Source: an uncultured Bacillota bacterium (GTDB lineage: Bacteria > Sysuimicrobiota > Sysuimicrobiia > Sysuimicrobiales > Segetimicrobiaceae). From it: 64,000 nt of DNA. Positions 58,460-64,000 of this stretch are shown here, piece by piece. The notes beneath the pieces were generated by a model. It did not search any database and was not told the DNA's origin. It was given only the letters and a program-made list of their open reading frames with translations. A program made the translations under genes and the position numbers. The stretch is from NCBI GenBank assembly GCA_963804645.1, contig CAWDRG010000009.1, forward strand, positions 704,001 through 768,000, in the 5' to 3' direction. Numbering within the stretch: the first letter of the stretch is position 1; each line of letters begins with the position of its first letter.

Positions 58460-58554
58460 GCCGTGCACCTCCCGGCGGGGGTGGTCCCGCCGCCTGCTTT
58501 CACAACGTGTCCGGCCCGCGAATTCTTCCCCGCCCGGGGAGGCCCGCCGCGCGA

Positions 58555-60003
58555 TCAGGCGCGGGCGGCGAGCACGCGGTGGTGCTGGACGAAGTTCGTC
58601 CGGCCCCGCGCTACGATCGGGACCGAGCCCATGATCACCACGGCGTCGCCGGGGCGCGCGAGGTGCCGGTGGAGCAGCTCCCGGTCGACCGCCCGGATCA
58701 TCGCCTCCGTGCTGTGCTGGAACGGCACGACGAGCGGCCGGACGCCCCAGCAGACGCTCAGGAGGCGCGCCACGCGCTCGTCCTCCGTGCACGCGAGGGC
58801 GGGGACCGAGGGGCGGAGGCGCGAGATCGCCCGGGCCGCCCGGCCGGTCGTCGTCAGCACGACGATCATGCGCACCCGGCAGTCCTCGGCGATCTCCTGC
58901 GCGGCGGACGCGATCGACTGTAAGAGTGTCGGGCGCGCGAGCGGGCCGGGACCGTCGAAGCGCGTGCCGGCCTCGACCGCCTGCGCGATCCGCACCATCG
59001 TCGCGACGGCCTGCACGGGGTACCGGCCCACCGCGGTCTCGGCCGAGAGCATCACCGCGTCGGTGCCGTCGAGGATCGCGTTCGCAACGTCGGAGGTCTC
59101 GGCGCGCGTCGGGCGCTCGTCCCGCACCATCGACTCGAGCATCTGCGTCGCGGTGATCACCGGGACGCCCCGGTCGTTCGAGACGCGGATGATCCGCTTC
59201 TGGAGCAGCGGGACCTGCTCCGGCGGCAGCTCGACGCCGAGGTCGCCGCGGGCGACCATCACGGCGTCGGACGCGGCGACGATCTCCTCGAGGTTGCCGA
59301 TCGCCTCGAAGCGCTCGAGCTTCGAGACGATCGGGACCGACCGCCCGAGCCGGCGCATCACGCGCCGGGCGTTCTGGAGGTCCCGGGCCGAGCGGACGAA
59401 GCTCAGCGCCACGAAGTCGACGCCCGCGCGCAGTCCGTAGCGAAGGTCCGCGAGGTCCTTCGGCGTGAGCGACGGGCCGCGCAGCGGCACCCCCGGCAGG
59501 TTGACGCCCTGGTGGCTGTCCAGCACGCCGCCCTCGACGACGCGGCACCGGACCTCCTGGCCTGCGCGGCCGAGTGCGAGGAGCTCGATCATCCCATCGC
59601 GCAGCAGGATGCGCTGGCCGCGGCGGACGAGGCCGGTGAATCGGGGAAACGCGATCGGGATCCGCTCCGCGCCGCCGATCACGCGCCGCGTGGTCAGGAT
59701 CACCTCGTGGCCCGGGACGAGGTGCACGGGATGCGCGAGGCGGCCCACCCGGATCTTCGGGCCCTGCAGGTCTTGCAGGATCGCGAGCGGCGCGTCGGCG
59801 CGGCGGGCGACGCTCCGGAGGCGCGCGATCAGGCGTCCGTGGTCGGTGCGTGCGCCGTGGGAGAAGTTGATCCGCGCGACGTCCATCCCGGCCGCGAGCA
59901 GGCGCTCGAGCACCTTCTCGCTGTCGCTCGCGGGGCCGATCGTCGCGACGACTTTCGTCCCGTGGGAAGTGATGGGGCGCGGTACCGCGTGCGCGCTCGG
60001 CAT
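58555..60003 (-). CDS. pyk: Pyruvate kinase
   Basis: TKVVATIGPAS, RINFSHG, DLQGPKIR, MVARGDLGVE, ATQMLESM, DAVMLSAETA. Confidence 0.97.
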   Translation of the reverse strand: MPSAHAVPRPITSHGTKVVATIGPASDSEKVLERLLAAGMDVARINFSHGARTDHGRLIARLRSVARRADAPLAILQDLQGPKIRVGRLAHPVHLVPGHEVILTTRRVIGGAERIPIAFPRFTGLVRRGQRILLRDGMIELLALGRAGQEVRCRVVEGGVLDSHQGVNLPGVPLRGPSLTPKDLADLRYGLRAGVDFVALSFVRSARDLQNARRVMRRLGRSVPIVSKLERFEAIGNLEEIVAASDAVMVARGDLGVELPPEQVPLLQKRIIRVSNDRGVPVITATQMLESMVRDERPTRAETSDVANAILDGTDAVMLSAETAVGRYPVQAVATMVRIAQAVEAGTRFDGPGPLARPTLLQSIASAAQEIAEDCRVRMIVVLTTTGRAARAISRLRPSVPALACTEDERVARLLSVCWGVRPLVVPFQHSTEAMIRAVDRELLHRHLARPGDAVVIMGSVPIVARGRTNFVQHHRVLAARA

Positions 60004-60243
60004 CAGGAACCACTCCTCCCCGCGGCCGTCCGGGCTCGCGGGACGCGGACCCGCATCGTGCCGTTCCTGCGTGACGGTCCGGGCATGTGCCATCGTCCCC
60101 ACGACAGGTCTTCGCCGCGGGACCGCCCATTCCCGACCAGGCGGCGAATATTGTTGGCGCGGGTCGGGGGAGGAGCGCGGCGCGGGCGGATGCAATTGCA
60201 GGAAGGGCCGCGGTACGGCGCGTTCGGCGGCCGGGAGATGGGC

Positions 60244-60549
60244 ATGGCGATCATGGCGATCAGCGTCACCCCGGTGGGGACGGGGTCCCCGAGCGTGGGG
60301 GCCTACGTGGCGGAAGCGGTGCGGGTGCTCGAGGAGAGCGGCCTCCGGTACGAGCTGCGCGCGATGCACACCGAGGTCGAAGGGGATCTGGAACGGCTGC
60401 TCGCGCTCGTGCCCGAGATCCACCGCGCGTGCTTCGCGCTCGGGGCCCAGCGCGTGTCCACCGTGATCAAGATCGACGAGCGCCGGGACGCCCCGTCGTC
60501 GATCGCGGGCAAAGTGCGGTCGGTCGAGCACCGCCGCCGGCGCGCGTAG
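60244..60549 (+). CDS. MTH1187/DUF77 thiamine-binding family protein
   Basis: ISVTPVGTGSPSVGAYVA..MHTEVEG..RVSTVIKIDERRD. Confidence 0.9.
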   Translation: MAIMAISVTPVGTGSPSVGAYVAEAVRVLEESGLRYELRAMHTEVEGDLERLLALVPEIHRACFALGAQRVSTVIKIDERRDAPSSIAGKVRSVEHRRRRA

Positions 60550-60563
60550 GCGGCACCCGGGCG

Positions 60564-61175
60564 ATGGGCGGATTCGCCTCCGGGTGGCTCGAGCGCTGGT
60601 TCGAGCGCACCTACAAGATTCAGCCGATCGGCTCGGGCGGGTATATCCTGCGCATCGGGTTGATCCGTTATCGCGGTCCTCGCGTGGAGCTCGCCGACGG
60701 GACGGTCGTCACCGCGGGCGATACCGTGGGCGAGCTTCACATGGACAACGCGCGGGCGCAGGCCCTGCACCAGGAAGGGCACGGCGGCCTCAAATTCCGC
60801 CGCGAGGTCTTCCGGGCGCTGCCCGCGCTCGGGGCCGAGCTCTCGATGAAGCCGGAGTACGGACCGGTGCAGGCGTTCTGCGGTGCGAGCTTGTTCTGGC
60901 ACGGGGCCGCCCGGGCCGGATTCGAGGACCGGCCGCTCCCGGCGTTCGAGCGGTGGTGGCTCACGTGGTGGGAGCGCCACTTGATGGCGAGATACCATCC
61001 CGAGGGTCGACAGCGCCTCGACGAAGGAAATCGGACGGAACTGCGCCAGATCTGGATCAGCCGGAAGACGCTGCTGCGCTACGCGGAGGCGGCGGCGCGG
61101 CGCGGCGGGGCCGCGGACGGCGCGGCTGCCCCACAGAGTTCCGCGGAGGCCGGCGCGGACGACCGGGGCGGGTGA
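60564..61175 (+). CDS. YkoP-like protein
   Basis: RYRGPRVELADGTVVTAGDTVGELHMDN..YHPEG..WISRKTLL. Confidence 0.75.
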   Translation: MGGFASGWLERWFERTYKIQPIGSGGYILRIGLIRYRGPRVELADGTVVTAGDTVGELHMDNARAQALHQEGHGGLKFRREVFRALPALGAELSMKPEYGPVQAFCGASLFWHGAARAGFEDRPLPAFERWWLTWWERHLMARYHPEGRQRLDEGNRTELRQIWISRKTLLRYAEAAARRGGAADGAAAPQSSAEAGADDRGG

Positions 61176-61227
61176 GCCGGCGGCGACGGTGTCGCCGGCC
61201 GCGGTGTGACGGGGACGGGCCGCTGCG

Positions 61228-62574
61228 CTACGCGGGGGCCGGTGCTTCGACCGGACGCGGCGGCGCAGCCGGCCGTGCCGTGGGGTGGCCGATGCGCAGC
61301 GCCAGCCCGGCCGCGAGCAGGCAGAGCAGTCCGGAGCCGGTAAACGCCATCTGATAGCTCCCGAGCCAGGTGTGGACTAGCCCCGCGCCGTACGCCGCGG
61401 TCGCGGCGCCCAGCTGGTGCGCGGCGAAGATCCATCCGTACATCACCGCGGCGTTCTCGCGGCCGAACAGATCCGCGGTGAGGCGCACGGTGGGCGGGAC
61501 CGTCGCGACCCAGTCGAGCCCGTAGAAGACGGCGAACACGGCGAGCCCGATGACGCTCGGGCCGAACGAGTTCAGCCCGAACGGTAGGAACACGAGCTGG
61601 GCGCCGAAGGCGACCGGAAGAAATACGAGCGACAGCCCCCGCAGCCCGTAGTACCAGCACAGGAGATAGCGGCTGTTCAGGCGGTCGGACAGCCATCCCG
61701 AGAACGTCGTGCCGAACATGTCGAAGACGCCGATCGCGGCGAGCAGGCCCGCGGCGGTGACCTCGGGGATGCCGACGTCCATGCACGCCGGGATCAGGTG
61801 CGTCCCGATCAACCCGTTGGTGCTCGCGCCGCAGATGTAGAAGGTGCCGGCCAGCAGCCAGAAATCCCGCGAGCGCAGCCCCGTGCGGAGCGCACCGAAC
61901 GCGGCGCCGGCCGCGCGGCGCGGCGGCGGGGGCGGCTCGGGACCGTCCGTCGGCGCGCCGAACGGCCGCAGGCCGACGTCGCGGGGGGCGTTGCGCATGA
62001 AGATCGCGACGAGCGGGATCGCGACGAGGGCCGCCGCCATGACGACCAGCGCCGCGGTGCGCCATCCGCTGGTCACGACGAGCCGGGCCAGTCCGGGGAG
62101 GAACACCAGCTGCCCGGTCGCGCCGCTCGCCGTGAGCATGCCCAGTACGAGGCCGCGGCGCTTGTCGAACCAGCGGTTCGAGATCCACGCGCCCAGCACG
62201 CCCGCGACGGCTCCCGCGCCTGTCCCGACGACGAGGCCCCAGAGGAGATAGAGCTGCCACGCCGCGTGCATCTGCGTCGTGAGTCCCACGCCGATCGCGA
62301 GCAGGGACAGCGCGCCGAGCGCGACGTACCGGGCGCCGAAGCGATCCATCAGCGCCGCCGCGAACGGCCCCAGGAATCCGTACAGCAGCAGGTTGATCGA
62401 GACGGCGAGCGACACGGTGGCCCGGCTCCAGCCGAACTCCCGCTGGAGCGGGACGATGAGCACCCCGGGCGTCGAGCGGACCCCCGCGGCGACGAGCAGC
62501 GTGAGGAACGTCGCGCCGAAGACGATCCACCCGTAGTGGATCCGGCCGCGGGCGATCGCGGGCGCGTTGATCAT
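61228..62574 (-). CDS. MFS transporter
   Basis: LMDRFG, WFDKRRGL, GWLSDR; about 12 TM segments. Confidence 0.92.
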   Translation of the reverse strand: MINAPAIARGRIHYGWIVFGATFLTLLVAAGVRSTPGVLIVPLQREFGWSRATVSLAVSINLLLYGFLGPFAAALMDRFGARYVALGALSLLAIGVGLTTQMHAAWQLYLLWGLVVGTGAGAVAGVLGAWISNRWFDKRRGLVLGMLTASGATGQLVFLPGLARLVVTSGWRTAALVVMAAALVAIPLVAIFMRNAPRDVGLRPFGAPTDGPEPPPPPRRAAGAAFGALRTGLRSRDFWLLAGTFYICGASTNGLIGTHLIPACMDVGIPEVTAAGLLAAIGVFDMFGTTFSGWLSDRLNSRYLLCWYYGLRGLSLVFLPVAFGAQLVFLPFGLNSFGPSVIGLAVFAVFYGLDWVATVPPTVRLTADLFGRENAAVMYGWIFAAHQLGAATAAYGAGLVHTWLGSYQMAFTGSGLLCLLAAGLALRIGHPTARPAAPPRPVEAPAPA

Positions 62575-62599
62575 GCCGCCGCCGTCCTCGCCGCGTCCA

Positions 62600-63214
62600 T
62601 CACGCGCCCTCCAGGGCGGCCAGCCCGAATGCCGCGACGATCCCGCCGGAGACCACGTTGATCCAGCGCATCAGCGGGGCGCCGATCCGTCGGTGGAGCG
62701 CGCCGACCGCCGTGCTGAGGCACAGCCACCACGCGGCCGACCCGAGGAACGTCCCGGCGGTCAGCAGCGCCGCGTAGGCGGCGTTGGGACCGTTCGCCGG
62801 CGCGATCGCCGTGAAGATCGCCGCGAACATGAAGATCGTCATCGGGTTGGTGATCGTCAGGAGCACCGTGGACGCGTACGCGCCGAACCGGCTGTCCGCC
62901 GGCGCCGCGCCCGCCGCCTCGGACGGGCGCGGCGCGAACGCGGTGCGCGCGCCGAGATAGAGAAGCAGCAGGCCGCCGATGAGATGGAGCGGGCGGGCGT
63001 GGTGCACGAAGAACTGCGACAGCGCGGTCAGCCCGAATCCCGCGACGGCCGCGTAGAACGCGTCCGCGGTCGCCGCTCCGAGCCCCGAGACGAACCCGAT
63101 GAGGCGCCCCTGCGTCAGGCTGCGGCGGATGCACAGCACCCCGATCGGCCCGACGGGCGCCGCGATGGAGGCGCCGACCAGGAACCCCTTCACGAGCGTG
63201 GTCAGTTCGTGCAC
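62600..63214 (-). CDS. LysE family translocator
   Basis: AAPVGPIGVLCIRRSL..GLGAATADA..LTITNPMTI. Confidence 0.92.
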   Translation of the reverse strand: MHELTTLVKGFLVGASIAAPVGPIGVLCIRRSLTQGRLIGFVSGLGAATADAFYAAVAGFGLTALSQFFVHHARPLHLIGGLLLLYLGARTAFAPRPSEAAGAAPADSRFGAYASTVLLTITNPMTIFMFAAIFTAIAPANGPNAAYAALLTAGTFLGSAAWWLCLSTAVGALHRRIGAPLMRWINVVSGGIVAAFGLAALEGA

Positions 63215-63244
63215 GCGCGCATCCCCGGACGATGACGTACCGCG

Positions 63245-64000
63245 CTAAACGCGCGGGGTGAGGCCGGGATTCCTCGTGTCGCCGCGCGGCGCGGGATCCA
63301 GCAGCTCGCGCAGCGGCACGACCTCGAACCCGCGGGCGCGCAGCCCGGCGATCATCTCGGGGAGCGCGTGCCGCGTGTTCTCCGGCGTCGAGGGGTGTCC
63401 GCCGCGGTCGTGCAGATTCACGATCGCGCCTTCGTGCGCCGCTCGGACGACGTGCACGGTCATCCGCGCGGCGGACGCCGCCGCGGCCCAGCCCTCGGAG
63501 CGCACGGACCAGAGCACCCGCGTCTCGCCGAGCTGCCCCGCCCGCACGTAGGCCGCCCAGTTGAAGGTGCCCCACGGCGGCCGGAAGTAGTGCGGGGCGG
63601 CGCCGACCGCATCGGCGATCTCCTGGGCGCCGCGGTCCACCGCGGCGATCGACGCGCCGGGGGTGAGCGTCCACAGGTGCCGGTGGTCGAACGTGTGGTT
63701 TCCGACGTCGTGCCCGGCCGCGGCCACGCGCCGCGCGAGCGCGGGGTGCGACGCGACCTGGCGTCCCACCATGAAAAATGCCGCGCGGACGCCGGACGCC
63801 GCCAGCACGTCGAGGATCCGGGGCGTGTGCTCCGGGTCGGGGCCGTCGTCGAAGGTGAGCGATACCTGCGCGCGGCGCGGGCCGCGTTTGACGACGCCGA
63901 CCCTCAACCCGCCGGCGAGCGTCTGGGTGCCGATCGTGTACGCGAGCGCTCCCGCCGCGAGGACGGCGGCGGCGTCGAGGCCGAGCTGGACGGGGTCGCG
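63245..64000 (-). CDS. NodB-type polysaccharide deacetylase, 5'-partial
   Basis: LTFDDGP, GNHTFDH, FRPPWG, IVNLHD. The frame is open to the window end. Confidence 0.93.
   Translation of the reverse strand, partial: RDPVQLGLDAAAVLAAGALAYTIGTQTLAGGLRVGVVKRGPRRAQVSLTFDDGPDPEHTPRILDVLAASGVRAAFFMVGRQVASHPALARRVAAAGHDVGNHTFDHRHLWTLTPGASIAAVDRGAQEIADAVGAAPHYFRPPWGTFNWAAYVRAGQLGETRVLWSVRSEGWAAAASAARMTVHVVRAAHEGAIVNLHDRGGHPSTPENTRHALPEMIAGLRARGFEVVPLRELLDPAPRGDTRNPGLTPRV

Noticed and set aside
55390..59440. 755-aa and 671-aa + strand ORFs (and similar long Arg/Gly-rich ORFs elsewhere, e.g. 44233-46485, 4475-6241)
   Set aside because: Shadows or alternative frames of recognisable genes.
57539..60130. 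Apparent 863-aa TrxB fusion
   Set aside because: The N-terminal extension is an alternative frame of pyk. TrxB has its own RBS and ATG at 58459.
1..64000. CRISPR arrays, rRNA, prophage or defence genes
   Set aside because: No repeat-spacer periodicity, rRNA-like sequence or phage hallmark genes were seen.

Overview
High-GC bacterial chromosomal window, probably from a diderm because it encodes a TonB-dependent receptor and TonB. All product calls come from motif recognition by eye; no database searches were run. (i) 1-3.1 kb: a lower-GC, partly decayed tail containing a frameshifted dienelactone hydrolase and an orphan tRNA-Ser-like 3' fragment (candidate att site). (ii) A cobalamin riboswitch, btuB-like receptor and tonB, with a convergent DUF6580/BtuM-like membrane protein. 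(iii) An uncharacterised, partly overlapping four-gene operon (tandem ribbon-helix-helix protein, secreted pilus-N/VirB9-like protein, Ycf45/SpoIIIAA-like ATPase, cold-shock protein) behind an 8-bp-period repeat array. (iv) A rhodanese, an XRE-TPR regulator and tRNA-Val(CAC). (v) A ~21 kb accessory island after the tRNA. It holds a dead IS, pseudogenes, three paralogous Cys-motif proteins of unknown function around a sugar ABC transporter, GntR, cupin, RraA, a peptide ABC transporter, an MBL hydrolase, a DapA-family enzyme and a Phd-PIN toxin-antitoxin pair. (vi) A sugar ABC / M81 peptidase / creatininase / DegT aminotransferase operon. (vii) A core-like region with a pilin, an MFS pump, an HTH plus degenerate LAGLIDADG protein, a DEAD-box helicase with a probable AUU start, a 14-aa Lys-rich peptide gene, an aminopeptidase, a glycogen debranching enzyme, trxB and pyk. 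No CRISPR array or rRNA was seen.
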